A stretch of 64,000 nucleotides of DNA from the human T2T-CHM13v2.0 reference genome, Homo sapiens. Below the pieces are notes generated by a model. It worked only from the letters and a program-made list of their open reading frames with translations, made no database searches and was not told where the DNA came from. Shown piece by piece: positions 43,413 to 56,045 of this stretch; the stretch's first letter is position 1; every line of letters begins with the position of its first letter. The stretch lies in the NCBI RefSeq assembly GCF_009914755.1, contig NC_060931.1; one strand, written 5' to 3'. A program made the position numbers and the translations under genes.

Positions 43413-44774
43413 TAGGGTTGCAATTATGCTTATCTTATGGGATGCCATAAGTACCAAATGAGACTATGAACAGAATTGGCCTTGCTATTAATGCCGTAGC
43501 CCAGAAGATGTATTTAACTTTTCACACTTATTATTATGATTTTGCACTATTAACTTCTGGTGGGCAAAGGCAGTATCAAAATCCTCATTTTATCACCAAC
43601 ATAATCAGAACATTGATGCTCTTAGAAGAGATAATGGTTCTTGGCAAGCTATTTGTGGCTTACCATTGTTTGGTGAAAGGAAAGCTTCAGAGTGAAATGT
43701 TGAGAATCAGCAGATGAACGAATAGCCAGTGGATGGGGAATGCAGCAGGTAGCTCTCCTGATCTGCCCACAGTCACATAAATGCTTATAAGGATGTAACT
43801 AAAGGCCAGTCACCTGCATTCACAGGGGGCAAGAATCAGAGAAACACCCCTGTGCCTTCATAGTTTAACGTTTCTTCCTCTTATGTTTACAGTGCCACGT
43901 GCGTACTTTATCTAGTTCAGGTTTCAATGCTCAGCCCCAAAGAGAACAAGGGAGAAAAGGACTAATTTTACATCACTGAAATTATTCCAGCTAAAACAAA
44001 ATGTTCTTGTAACAGATGTAATTTGCATAGGCTTTTTTCCTTTTTCCTTTTTTTCCTTGAATTCATTTGTATTCCAATTAGTATTCTTCCACTGAATTCT
44101 GTTGGATGAACCCCAAGTAAGTGGATTGTCTCATGACCCCTATGTTCTTTTTGGTCTTCTAATAAATCTGGATAAATCATTTTACATTCATATCTAGTAT
44201 GATGGTTAATATAAAAGAACTGTGATAAGCAAGATGGGTTGTCAGGAAATTTTTCAACCATTCTGAATCCACCATATCTTTGCTTTGAGACTTTTATTTC
44301 TTCAGATATAGAGATAAATCGAAAAAGGGGATCAGGTCATCAGAAAATCTTGGACATACATATAATGCAAATTACTCTGGTATTATATTAAGGTGTGTCT
44401 GAAACTACATTTAATATTTGATACATGCAAATTGGATTATAATATAAAGTTCCAAATTGAGATTTGGAGGCTGTGCTAAGAATATGAGGGAAATAGATGT
44501 GTAAACCTATTTAACTTTTCTGGGTATGCTTAATAGCAATTAGAGCAACTGATTTGTTTGTTTCAGCTAAGACTCACTTCAGGACTTCTTGAATGCTTTC
44601 CTTTCTATTTTAAGTAATTTTTAATTCAAAGTATATTATTTCCAAAAAGTTGATGATTGATTCATTTCAGCCCAATACTTTCTTTTTCGTGACCATTTAT
44701 TATTTACATTATTCTATATATTCAAGTCATATTCTACTTTGTTCATTTACCATCATAAGATATACCTTTACTGT

Positions 44775-45296
44775 TGTGGCAGATGTACCCTCGGGTGACT
44801 CCCAGTGATCCATATGTCATGCCCTCCCATTGAATGATGGTAGTACTGCCACTTATTTCTAACCAATAGAATATAGTAACCAATAGGATATTCTAACCAA
44901 TAGAACATAGTAAAGGTGACAAAATAGCACACATAACGTAGCATTTTTAGAAAATATAAGTCTTATCTTATCCAGAAAGAGAGACTTTGCTGCTGGCCTT
45001 GGAGAAGCAATGAAGGCCTACAGTTGGGGCCCCCTGGCTGAATTGTGGGCAGCATCTGGGACTGAGGAAGGTGCTCACCAGTAAGAAGTCAGGACCAAAG
45101 GCACAGATTTGGAACACAAGACTGGGTTCCAGAAAGAAACACAAACATGGTAACTACCTTGAGTTCAGCCTTGCAAGACCCTGACCACAGGACCCAGTCA
45201 TGGACAGACTCCACACCCAGTACCACTAAGAAAAATGTGCATATTTTAAGCCATTAAATGTGATCATTTGCTGTGCAGCAATAGAAAAGTAATAAA
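44775..45296 (+). mobile_element. MLT1 (F/G/H-like) solo LTR
   Basis: 'tgtggcaga...ccctcccattgaat...ttctaaccaatagaata...cagccttgcaagaccctga...ttttaagcca...gcagcaatagaaaagtaata'. Confidence 0.8.
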
Positions 45297-45623
45297 TGAT
45301 GGTTTTAAAAGAAATCATCACAACCACTTTTTTTAAGGCTATATATTTTCCTGAGATTTTGAAAGATGGTAACTTTCATATTCAGTGTTTGAATGCTGGG
45401 CATTTAATTGGTTTCTAATATTTTCTCTAATGAATACTGTTATATTAATATTACAGATTATAGATTTTACTCATAGAATAGAAACTCAGAAGTATGGTTT
45501 GTAGTAATATTGCACTGAGGTTATTAACAAATGTGTTGACACTTATTGTTTAATTGCTTTCCAACATGTTTTTCTAATTAAGAGTAACAAGAAAGTATGA
45601 ACATGATGTAGCATTTTGTGGAT

Positions 45624-45677
45624 TATATATATATATATATGTATACACACACACACATATATATATACATACATATA
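45624..45677. repeat. (TA)n(CA)n microsatellite
   Basis: Read directly. Confidence 0.9.
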
Positions 45678-46263
45678 GTTTTAATTACAGCTTTCATTTC
45701 AAGAATGTGAAACTGTCTAATTATTAGTTATTTACATTATCTTAGTAGACATTTTTGGTATTTTGGTTCAAATTTTTGTTGTTAGCATTTTGTTTTCCAT
45801 ACATGGTTTCTTTTTTATGCCTATAGATTATGTTATTTATTAATGGGTTGTTTTACAAATATTATTAATAGTCTACTGAAAAATAGAAAAAAATACCTCA
45901 AGAATGAGTAACTATATTTTTAGAATCATTTCGGTTTAACATTGTTTCTAGAAAAAATGGAGAAGAGGAATGCATCATTTCATCCTATTTTCCTTTATAG
46001 CTACTTAATTCCTTACCCTGTGTATGTAATGCTTATTGTATACAATAAAAGACAATTAAGTGAATAGAGCATATGCATCTATTTTAAAATTAGACATACT
46101 GTGACCCCATAAGTATGAATTCAAATTTTCTATTCAACTTCAGTGCAGATAAAAAAAATTCACAGTGTGTAAATTTTTCCCTGACCTTGATCTTGACCCA
46201 GCAAATCTACTTGGAAATCATGGCCATCAATTACTCCTTTCGTTCACTTGTCTTTGGCTTTTT

Positions 46264-47305
46264 TTAAATTTTATTTTTTCATATGTTATTGGTGTACAGG
46301 TGGTATTTGGTTACATGTCTAAGTTCTTTAGTGGTGATTTGTGAGATTTTGGTGCATCCATCACCCAAGCAGCATACACTGCACCATATTTGTAGTTTTG
46401 TATCCCTCGCTTCCCTTCCACTCTTCCCCCCAAGTCCCCAGAGTCCATTGTATTGTTCTTATGCCTTTGCGTCCTCATAGCTTAGCTCCCACATATCATT
46501 GAGAATATATGATGCTTGGTTTTCCATTCCCGGGTTACATCACTTAGAATAATAGTCTCCAATCTCATCCAGGTCTCCACAAATGTTATTAATTCATTCA
46601 TTTTTATGGCTGTGTAGTATTCCATTGTGTGTATATATATCACAGTTTCTTTATCCACTCATTGATTGGTGGGCATCTATCTGGGTTGCTTCCACTATTT
46701 TGCAGTTGTGAATTGTGCTGCTGTACACATGTGTGTGCAAGTATCTTTTTCGAATAATGACTTCTTTTCCTCTGGGTAGACACCCAGTAGTGGGATTCCT
46801 GGATCAAACGGTAGTTCTACTTTTACATTTTAAGGAATCTCCACATTGTTTTCCACAGTTGCTGTACTAGTTTACATTCCCACAAGCATTGTAGAGGGGT
46901 TCCCTGTTCATCACAAATGGAATAAAAACTAAGATAAATATCTGGGATCTAATTAAACTAAAGAACTTTTGCACGGCAAAAGGAACCGTCAGCAGAGTAA
47001 ACCAACAACCCACAGAGTGGGAGAAAATCTTTGCAATCTATACATCTGTCAAAGGTCTAATATCCAGAATCTACAACGAACTCAAACAAATCAGTAAGAA
47101 ATAAACAAACAACCCCATCAAAAAGTGGGCTAAGGACATGAATAGACAATTCTCAAAAGAAGAGATACAAATGGCCAACAAACACAAAAAAATGCTCAAC
47201 ATCACTAATGATCAGGGAAATGCAAATCAAAACCACAATGTGATACCACCTCACTCCTGCAAGCATGGCCATAATCAAAAAATCAAAAAGCAGTAAATGT
47301 TGGCA
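46264..47305 (-). mobile_element. L1PB1-type insertion with 5' inversion (46264-46915 antisense; 46916-47305 sense)
   Basis: Antisense L1PB 3' UTR ('ttattggtgtacaggtggtatttggttacatg'), orientation flip at 46915/46916, and perfect TSD TCTTTGGCTTTTT at 46251-63 and 47306-18. Confidence 0.93.
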
Positions 47306-47359
47306 TCTTTGGCTTTTTCAACCTTGTTGGCTTGTGCCACGAAGATGGTGAGCTTTCTT

Positions 47360-47651
47360 TTTTACTTTCTTTTCTGGGGGGGTTGGGGAGGCCATGGGGG
47401 ATATGGAGTCTTGCTCTGTCACCTAGGCTGGAGCACCACCTCCCTAATTCAAGTGATTCTTCTGCCTCAGCCTCCTGAGAAGTTGGGATTACAGGAGTCC
47501 GCCACTATGCCCAACTAATTTTTGTATATTTAGTAGAGACAGGGTTTTGCCATGTTGTCCAGGCTAGTCTCGAATTCCTGAGCTCAGGTGATCCACCTGC
47601 CTTGGACTCCCAAAGTGCTGGGATTACAGGCTTGAGCCACTGTGCCCAGCC
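47360..47651 (-). mobile_element. AluS-type SINE with an internal deletion and a G-rich stretch at the tail junction
   Basis: Antisense Alu ending 'actgtgcccagcc'. Approximate TSD agctttctt at 47351-59 and 47654-62. Confidence 0.92.
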
Positions 47652-47819
47652 TAAGCTTTCTTAATTCTTTCTGATCAATAACAAAAACAATGTGTTGGTT
47701 CCTATTTCAGCAATAATCTTCATAAGGTTCTGAGAAATGATGCATAATAACTGCGATATCAGTAAGAGATTACAATTTTCCCATTTTTTAAAGACTTCAT
47801 TTTGTAGAGCAATTTTTAT

Positions 47820-48638
47820 CTCATTTTTTAAAATTTCCAACTTTTAAGTTGACGGGTATATGTGTAGGATGTGCATGTTTGTTACATAGGTAAATGTATG
47901 CAATTGTAGTTTGCTGCACAGATCATCCCATCACTGAAGTATTAAGCTCAGCATCCCACACCCCATCCTCTCACCGCCCCCCCACATCCTCCCTCAGGCC
48001 CCAGTGTGTGTTGTTCCCCCCAATAGGTCCATGTGTCCTCATCAGTCATCTCCCACTTATAAGTAAGAACATGCAGTATTTGTTTTTCTGTTGCTGCGTT
48101 AGTTTGCTAAGAATAATGGCCTCCAGCTCCAGTCATGTCACTGCAAAGGACATACTCTCATTCCTTTTTATGGCTGCATAGTATTTCATGGTATATATGT
48201 ACCACATTTTCTTTATCCAGTCTATCACTGAGGATCATTTAGGTTGATTCTATGTCTTTGCTATTGTGAATAGTGCTGCAATGAACATACATGTGCATGT
48301 GTCTTTATAACAGAATAATTTATACTTGTTTGGGTATATACCCAGTAATGGGATTGTTGGGTCAAATGGTATTTCTGCCTCTAGTCTTTGCGGAATCACT
48401 ACACCATCTTCCACAGTGGTTGAACTTCCACCAAAAGTATAAAAGCATTCCTTTTTCTTGACAACCTCGCCAGTATCTGTTATTTTTTGACTTTTTAATA
48501 ATCATCTGGTGGTATCTCATTGTGGTTTTGATATGCAATATTCTAATGATCAGTGACATTGGGCTTTATTTTATATTTGTTGGCTGCATGTATGTCTTCA
48601 TTTGAGAATTGTCTGTTCACGTCCTTTGCCCACTTTTA
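47820..48638 (-). mobile_element. 5'-truncated L1PA (L1PA11-14-like) 3' end
   Basis: 'tttccaacttttaagttgacgggtatatgtgtaggatgtgcatgtttgttacataggtaaa' through 'gtcctttgcccacttttt'. Confidence 0.88.
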
Positions 48639-50650
48639 GTGTAATTTTAGGTTCACAGCAAAACTGGGCAGAAAGTACATGAATATCTCACATAACCCCT
48701 CCCCCTACACATGCATAGACTCACTCATTATCAACTCCTTCCCAGGAGAGGTACATTTTTCCAAATTTATGACTTGCATTGATGCGTCATTATCATCCAA
48801 AGTCCACAGGTTACATTAGGGTTCAGTCTTGGTGTTGAACATTCTGTGGGTTTGGACAAAGGTATAAGGTTGTGTACCCACCATTATTGTATTATACAGA
48901 GTATTTGCACTGCCCTAAAAATCCTCTGTTCTCTTGCCTGTCCCTTTCTCTCTTCCTTTAACCCCTGGCATCACTAATATTTTTACTTTTTCCATAGTTT
49001 CGCCGATTTCAGAATGTCATAAAGTTGGAGCATAGAGCATGTTGCCTTTTGGACTCTTAAACTTAACAATATGCACTTACTTTTCCTCCATGTTTTTTTA
49101 TGGCTTTCTTAGCTCATTTCTATTCAGCACTGAATAATATTCCATGGTCTGATTGTTCCACAGTTTATTCTTCCATTCACCGACTGAAGGACATCTTGGT
49201 TGCTTCCAAGTCTTGGAAATTATGTGTAAAACTTCTGTAAGCGTCCACGTGCCTGTTTTTCTGTGGGGACATACATTTTCAGCTCCACTGGGTAAATACC
49301 AAGGAGCACTGCTGGTAGATGGTATGGTAAATCCAAGTTTAGCTTTATAAGAAACCTCCAAGCTGTCTTCCAAAAGACTGTACCATTTTGCATTCCCATC
49401 AGCAATGAGAATTGCTCCACATCCTCAAGAGTATTTGGTGTCAGTGTTCTGGGTTTTGGTCATTCTAGGAGATGCATAGTGGTGTCTCATTGTTGTTTTA
49501 ATTGCACTTTTCTGATGACATCTGACGTGCAGCATCTTTTTATATGTTTATTTCCTACCTGTCTATCATCTTTGGTGAGGTGTCTGTTAAGGTCTTTGGC
49601 CCATTTTTCAACCAAGTTGTTCATTTTCTTATTGTTGAGTGTTGAGTTCTTTGTCTATTTTGAAACTGAGAGGCAAAATAATGAAAGCAGCTCCTGAAGT
49701 GAGAATCCAATAAGGGCTCGGGGAGACTCTAGTAGCAACTTCAATGCTCAGCTTCTGATATACATCTATATTCTTGTCTTGGGAGTCCGTTGAATATTCC
49801 TGTTTCCTTCTAATTAAAGTTTCTTCTAAGTTAAAAAAAAAAAAAAGGAGTTATTTGTATATTTTGGACAAGAGTCTTTTGTCATATGTTTATTTTGCAA
49901 ATATTTTTCCCAGTCTAGTCTTTTCATTCTAGTGACTGTATCTTTCACAGAGGAGAAACTTCCATCATGTTTCTTTCTTTCATAGATTGGGCCATTGGTG
50001 TCATAGCTAAGAAGCCATCATTGAACTCAAGTCATCTAGAGTTTCTTCTATGCTATCATCTAGGAGTTTTATAGTTTTGAATTTTACATTGAGTTCTGTG
50101 ATCTATTTTTAATTAATTTTTGTGAAAGATGTAAGATGTAAGGTCTGTGTCTAGACTCCTTTTTTGCATATGAATGTCCAATTGTTTCAGCACTATTTGT
50201 TGAATAGACTGTATTTTCTCAATTGAATGTCTTTGCTCTTTTGTAAAAGATTGGTTAACTATATAGATATGTGATTTTCTGTTTTGTTCCTTTGATCTAT
50301 TTGTCTATTATTTCACCAATGCCACAAGGTCTTGATTACTATAGGTTTATAGTAAGTCTTGAAGCCAGATAGTGTCAGTCCTTTAAATTCATTGTTCTCA
50401 TTCAAAATTGTGTTGTCTATTCTGAGTCTTTTGCTTTTCCACATAAACCTTAGAATCAGCTTGTCAATATTCACAAATGAACTTGACTGGGATTGTTGAC
50501 TGGGATTGCATTGAATGTTGCAATGCAATGTTGACTGGGATTGCATTGAACCTATAGATCATGTTGGGGAGAATTAACATCTTGACAATATTGAACTTCC
50601 TATTCATAAACATAGAGTAAGTCTCCATTTATTTGGTTCTTCTTTGATCC
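48639..50650 (-). mobile_element. L1MC1/2-type 3' UTR and ORF2 tail (extreme 3' end at ~47790-47818)
   Basis: 'ttttaggttcacagcaaaactgggcagaaagtac...ggttacattagggttc...actgccctaaaaatcctctgt'. ORFs 49098-49373 (KTWKQPRCPSVGEW) and 50313-50546 (DKLILRFMWKSKR). Confidence 0.85.
49663..49846 (+). pseudogene. Short polyadenylated retrocopy or orphan transduction of unknown source
   Basis: ~170 nt of non-L1 sequence, ATTAAA at 49813-18, A14 at 49833-46. Flanked by a 19-bp direct repeat gagtt(c/a)tttgt(c/a)tattttg at 49644-62 and 49848-66. Confidence 0.8.
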
Positions 50651-50651
50651 A

Positions 50652-51440
50652 ATTTTTATTGTAAGAAAATCCACATAACTTAAAATATACTATCTTAAGT
50701 ATTTTATGTGTAAAATTCAGTGGTATTAAGTACACTTGTATTGTTTTGCACCCACCACCACCATCGATCTCTAGAACTTTCATAATTCCAAACTGAAACT
50801 GTATACCCATTAAACAATGACTACCTATTCCCTTCTCCCCCAACCCCTGGTAACCACATTCTATTTTCTGTCTCTATGAATGTGGCTACTATAAGTACTT
50901 TGTATTAGTGAAAACATACATACCATATTTTGTGTGTGTGTTTGTGTGTGTATTTGAGTGTGTGTATGGGAGGGTGTGTGTGTGTGTGTCTGGCTGGCTG
51001 TTTCACTTAGTGTAATGTCATTGAAGTTCATTTCTGTTGTAGCATGTTTTAAGATTACCTTCTTTCTTAAGGTTGAAAAACTAAAAATGCATCACATTTT
51101 TTTAAATCCAACCTTCTGTCTGTCTACAGACACTTCAGGTAGTTTTCACGGTTTAGTGATTATGAATAGCTGCTATGAACATAGGTGAACAAACATCTTG
51201 TTAAGACGCTGCTTTCAGTTCTTTACGGTATATATTCAAAAGTGGAATTTCAGGATCATATGGCAATTCTATCTTTAATTGTTTTGAGAAACTGCCAAAT
51301 TATTTTCACAGTAGCTGTACCATTTTACATTCCTACCATCAGTGCACAAGGGTTCCAATTTTTCCACATTCTTGCCAACAATTTTTTCCCTGCTTTTGTC
51401 TGTTTGGTTTTGTTGTCATCCTAGTGGGTGTGAGGGATTA
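50652..51440 (-). mobile_element. L1MB-type 3' end with an embedded (TG)n tract (~50930-50989)
   Basis: 'tttttattgtaagaaaatccacataac...ttcagtggtattaagtacac...ccaaactgaaactgtatacccattaaaca'. Confidence 0.85.
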
Positions 51441-53626
51441 TATTTTAAAAAGTAATATTAAAATAATTAGTAAAATAAAAAGTAATTTTCACAAATCTTT
51501 TGTCATTTATTCATCATAAAACACCTACACTTTTGCTATGTGTTTTTATGTCCCTATTTTAAAATTGTGAAATTAACTTCTCTTATGTAGAAACTTATGG
51601 AACAAATACTGCAATCCAAGTCTTCTGACCTGAAATCAAGGATTCTCTCCATCATCCTATTTTACTATTTCCCCTACCAGTGCATTTCACAGAAGGACCT
51701 AGATAACCAATAATTTGGCTGAGTGGCAGTGTTTTAATTGTAATTTTGATGAATATCAAATGATAATGTTTCAATAAAATAAAGAAATGCCTGCTTGAGT
51801 AGCATATACCACTTTTCATGTTTCTCTCCACATTTTGAAGGCAGCCAGTCCTTTTCAACTGCTTTTCAGAGAAATGTAGCAGGAAGCAAAAACACATCTT
51901 CAGTGCTCTGAGTAATAACTTGACACATTGCTTAAAAAGAATCCCAGCTGTGCTGTTTCATAACTCATATGTTTGAAAGCTTCTGCTGATTTTTCTACAT
52001 GTGGGGAATGGTTTTGCCTTATTTGCCACTTCAGTTTGCATGATTTCAAACATTCTGCTCAAAGAAAATTTCAAGCACTCAGCTCTTTTCAGAAACAAGG
52101 TATGCCTCTCTGCATAGAAAAAAAATGTCACCACAAGCAAGTATTCCCTTGGACAAGTTCACCTTCATGACAGTATGTGCTCAACTCTTGCTCACTCCTG
52201 GTGCTAGCCACTTACCATCACTCAGCTCTGGGGCCTCTGAGGCATATTCTAGGAACGGTGGGTGCCACGATTAGGAACACGTCTTTGTACTACACAAGAC
52301 ACCTCTCTGCCTTGCAAACTACTTGACAGGCAGGGGCAGACCTTCACCACTCTGAGGGGGAATGAAGCTTTACAATTTCAGAAGGATTTTCTGTTTTCTG
52401 AGGAGCTACATTCTCTAGCTGCTTTTTAAGCCTCCATTCTCTGATGTGTGCAGATCACAGTACAGAGCTGGCAGCACTTTATTAGGAAAAACAAACACTT
52501 TTAGGTTTTATAGCTCTCCAATTTATGCAATCCAATGATATGGTAGCAAATTTAAAAATGCACAGTCCACAAAATGGTGTCTACCATATTTTCTTACTTT
52601 TTCTCAATTGCTTTAAGCTCACCAAATGCATCGTTTCTCACCAGATTTAGCAGCAGAATATACTTTGTGTTAGATTAAGTTTTCCAAAGAAATAATCACA
52701 TGGTATTTATTATTCTCTGATTATGTAATAGATAATCAATTGAAGATAAAATATATAGTTTGAACTAGAAAGCTAGTGTTGACAGAAGTAATGCATGACA
52801 GTAAATATTCAAACTCAGTCCCACTTATATACTTAGGTTATTCACTGGTAAACATGACAGTTGGAAATGCTGCACTTAGCAAAAATTATTACAAGGTTAT
52901 TGAACACTTAAAATATTATTTGAAGGTAAATGTAGTTTAAAAAAAGGACTGTGAAATCAAGAAGAATGTCTTAATCTACTTTACTTCCCATGTACACCTC
53001 CCATTGTGTCTTTTTTGTTTTGCAATGAGATGAAGTTGAACTGTGGCTCCCCCCCTGCTTCCCTGATCCAGGTTTTTCCTTTTCTCCCCAATACCAAACT
53101 TCTGTTGGAGAAATACTTACTGACAGCAGAATCCATATCTCAATCTCAGACATCTCCCTGAGGTACTGCCCTCAAATATTTAACTTGCTTGAAACTCCCA
53201 CTACTTGACACCCAAACCTCACAGGAGCAAACAAAAAACCCTGATTTTACCCCAACACTCCCTCTTCTACCCCCTTACTTGCTCCAGCAGCAGCTTTTCC
53301 CGATTTCAGGCATAGAAATTTCATTCTTACTTGTTCATGCCTGCAACCTCAACCTCAACCTTGACTCGTCAGTTTGTCTTCTTCTCCAGATCCAAATGTA
53401 GGATATGCAGTTGCTTCTCTCATCAAAACAATATCCATAGTCTGACTATTTTCCCTACTCCACCTGGTCTGTGATCCTGGCTGCCACTACAGTTGTGGTC
53501 ATCAATAACTCACCTGTATTACTGACAGCCTCCTAGGGATCTCCATTTCTTTCCCCTTTCCTACCTCTATCCACACACAGATTAGTCTCAAGTATTTTCA
53601 AACGTAAATCCAAATTATATCATTCT

Positions 53627-53992
53627 TGTATTAGTTTGTTTTCATGCTGCTGATAAAACACACCTGAGAATGGGGAATTTACAAAAGAAAGAGGTTTAAT
53701 TACAGTTCCACATGGCTGGGGAAGCCTCACAATCATGGCAGAAGTCAAGGTGGAGCAAAATTCACATCTTACATGCATGGCAGCAGGCAAAGAGAGAATA
53801 AATGCCAAGCGAAACAAGTTTCTCCTTATCAAACCATCAGATCTCGAGGCTTATTCACTACCATGACAACGGTATGGGAAAGACTGGCTCCCGTAATTCA
53901 ATCATCTCCCACTGGGTCCCTCTCACAACATGTGGGAATTAAGAGAGCTACAAGGTGAGATTTGGGTGGGGACACAGAGCCAAACCACATCA
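53627..53992 (-). mobile_element. THE1 (B/C-like) MaLR solo LTR
   Basis: 'tgtattagtttgttttcatgctgctgataaa...aaagaaagaggtttaat...gagatttgggtggggacacagagccaaaccacatca'. Confidence 0.93.
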
Positions 53993-53996
53993 ACGC

Positions 53997-54291
53997 TTTT
54001 TTCTTTTTATTGAGACAGGATCTCATTCTGTTGCCCAGACTGGAGTGTGGTGGTGATCTCAGCTCACTGCAGGCTCCACTTGCCAGAGCTCAAGTGATCC
54101 TCCCACCTCAGCATCCTGATTAGCTGGAACTATTTGCATGTGCCACCACGCCCATGCATTTTTGTATTTTTGGTAGAAACGAGGTTTCACCCTGTTGCAC
54201 AGGCTGGTCTAAAACTCCTGGGCTCAAGTGATCTGCCTGTCTCGGCCTCCCATAGTGCTGGGATTCTAGGCATGAGCCACTGGACACAGCC
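53997..54291 (-). mobile_element. AluJ SINE
   Basis: Antisense dimer with J-type 'actcctgggctcaagtgatctgcc'. Confidence 0.92.
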
Positions 54292-55884
54292 ATCACTCTT
54301 TTTTCAAATCCTGCAATAAATTTCCATTTGACTCAGAGCAGATGCCATATCCTTGCAATGGTTTGTGAAGCCACATGTCATCTGGACCTCATCAGCCCTC
54401 CAATGTCCTGTGCCATTCTCCTGGCAGCTCAGCTCTCCTCTGCCACCTCCCCTTCCTCATTATTCCTGGCAAGTGCCAGGCACACCTCCACTTACGGCTT
54501 TAGCACTGATGGTCCTGGCAGGAATGCACATTCCCCAGAGTATCTGTGCTTGCCCCTTCACCTTCTTCAAGTGTGTCATCTCCTCTCTGTGAGGCCCACC
54601 ATCCCCACTTCATTTAAGATCTCAGTTGGCCTTCTCATCTCTCTTCCTTGCTCTGCACTTTTATTTTTCATTTTCGTGGCATTTATATTGTTCAAATATA
54701 CCATGTAATATTTATTTTATTGTCTGTTGCTCATGTCCCTCTGCTAGAGAGTAAAACCCACAAGAGTAGAGATCTCCTTATGGAAGACAAGCCCCTTTCT
54801 AGCTGCTCAATCAACAAGTTCTTAATGAACACAAGTTCTTCTGGGCTTGGTGCTAATCAATGAGGATAAAAATGCAAATTAAACCCCATTGTCAGTGAGC
54901 CCACAAATTAATTTTTACTCATGTTTTAATACTCCTCCCTAAAAAAAAACTGGAAGAATTTAAAATATCATCTGCATATATGAGTAATGACAGGGCTTGT
55001 ATGACCAGCTAAGGATTACATTTTGACTTACGGTCGCCATGCCTGGGAAAGAATGCCAAAGCAGGGCAGACACAGCTGCTGTCTCGAGAACCCTTTTGGG
55101 AGTATCCAGCGATGGTAGAAGTCACCGTGATCCCTAATCCTGGTATCTGTCTTGCTTGCAGTTTCTGTTTTTCACAGAGTACTTTTTTCAAAAATACCTG
55201 GTGGGCTAAAAAAGAAAGCAGCCTAATAGCGTTCATTTTGAGCAGCAATTCACTGTACCGACCAGAGCCAAAGCCAGAAAAAAAAAAACATGTCTATCTT
55301 TATCTTAAATCACACAGAAAACTTGAAGGGATAATGGAAATATATGTGAATAAAATGTTTGCCTTTCAAATGCTTTTTGCTAAAAGTAATTAGTGTTAAA
55401 AGTCCAGTGGTCTTTACATGATGGATTGCATTCTGTCAGGTCCTGTGACAAGACCCAGGTCAGGTCCCAACCTCAGGTGCGGTTAGAAAAAAGCCTGGTA
55501 GCAGGGCCTCCTCTCTCTCTCGGTCATCACTTCTGATTTTAAGTGCTTTACCCATGAAGGTGCTAATGGCCTGAACCAGGTTTCTGATTGACATATTGTT
55601 TTAATAGTGGGTTTAAATAGAATTACTTGTAAATGTATAACTGATATGTGGGGCAAGGGGCACAGTGACAGTTGTGACAACTCCTCCTGTTAATTTTACT
55701 GTGAGGCATCCACATTTCCAGGAGAAATACCAGAAATCAGATGACCATACTGTCAGTTAAAACTAGGTACCTTCAAAAACTTTTCCTTGTGGAAAATTGA
55801 AGTCAATTAGGGCCTCAAAGATATCTTGTTCAAATTTCGGTTAAAATATGTTTATCCAAACATGAAAATATCATGATGGCTTGC

Positions 55885-56045
55885 ATATTTATATGTATCT
55901 ATATCTATTTATCTATATCTATGTATGTATTTATATCTTTCTCTCTCATATGGATATCATAGGTATCATATCTATATCACATAGATAGCATATCTATATA
56001 TCATAGATGTATCAGAGAGAGAGGGAGAGAGAGGGAGAGATGGAG
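55885..56045. repeat. Low-complexity (TATC/TA)n and (GA)n tract
   Basis: Read directly. Confidence 0.8.

Larger units (their letters stand above)
53125..54830 (+). mobile_element. L2 (L2a-like) 3' region split by THE1 and AluJ
   Basis: 'ctcacctgtattactgacagcctccta', 'aacgtaaatccaaattatatcattc', 'tgccaggcacacctcc...ggctttagcactg', 'ctagagagtaaaacccacaagagtagagat', and tail 'gctcaatcaacaagttcttaatgaa'. Confidence 0.75.

Noticed and set aside
51545-51655. Possible MIR fragment
   Set aside because: Only short, weak similarity, which I cannot support without an HMM search.
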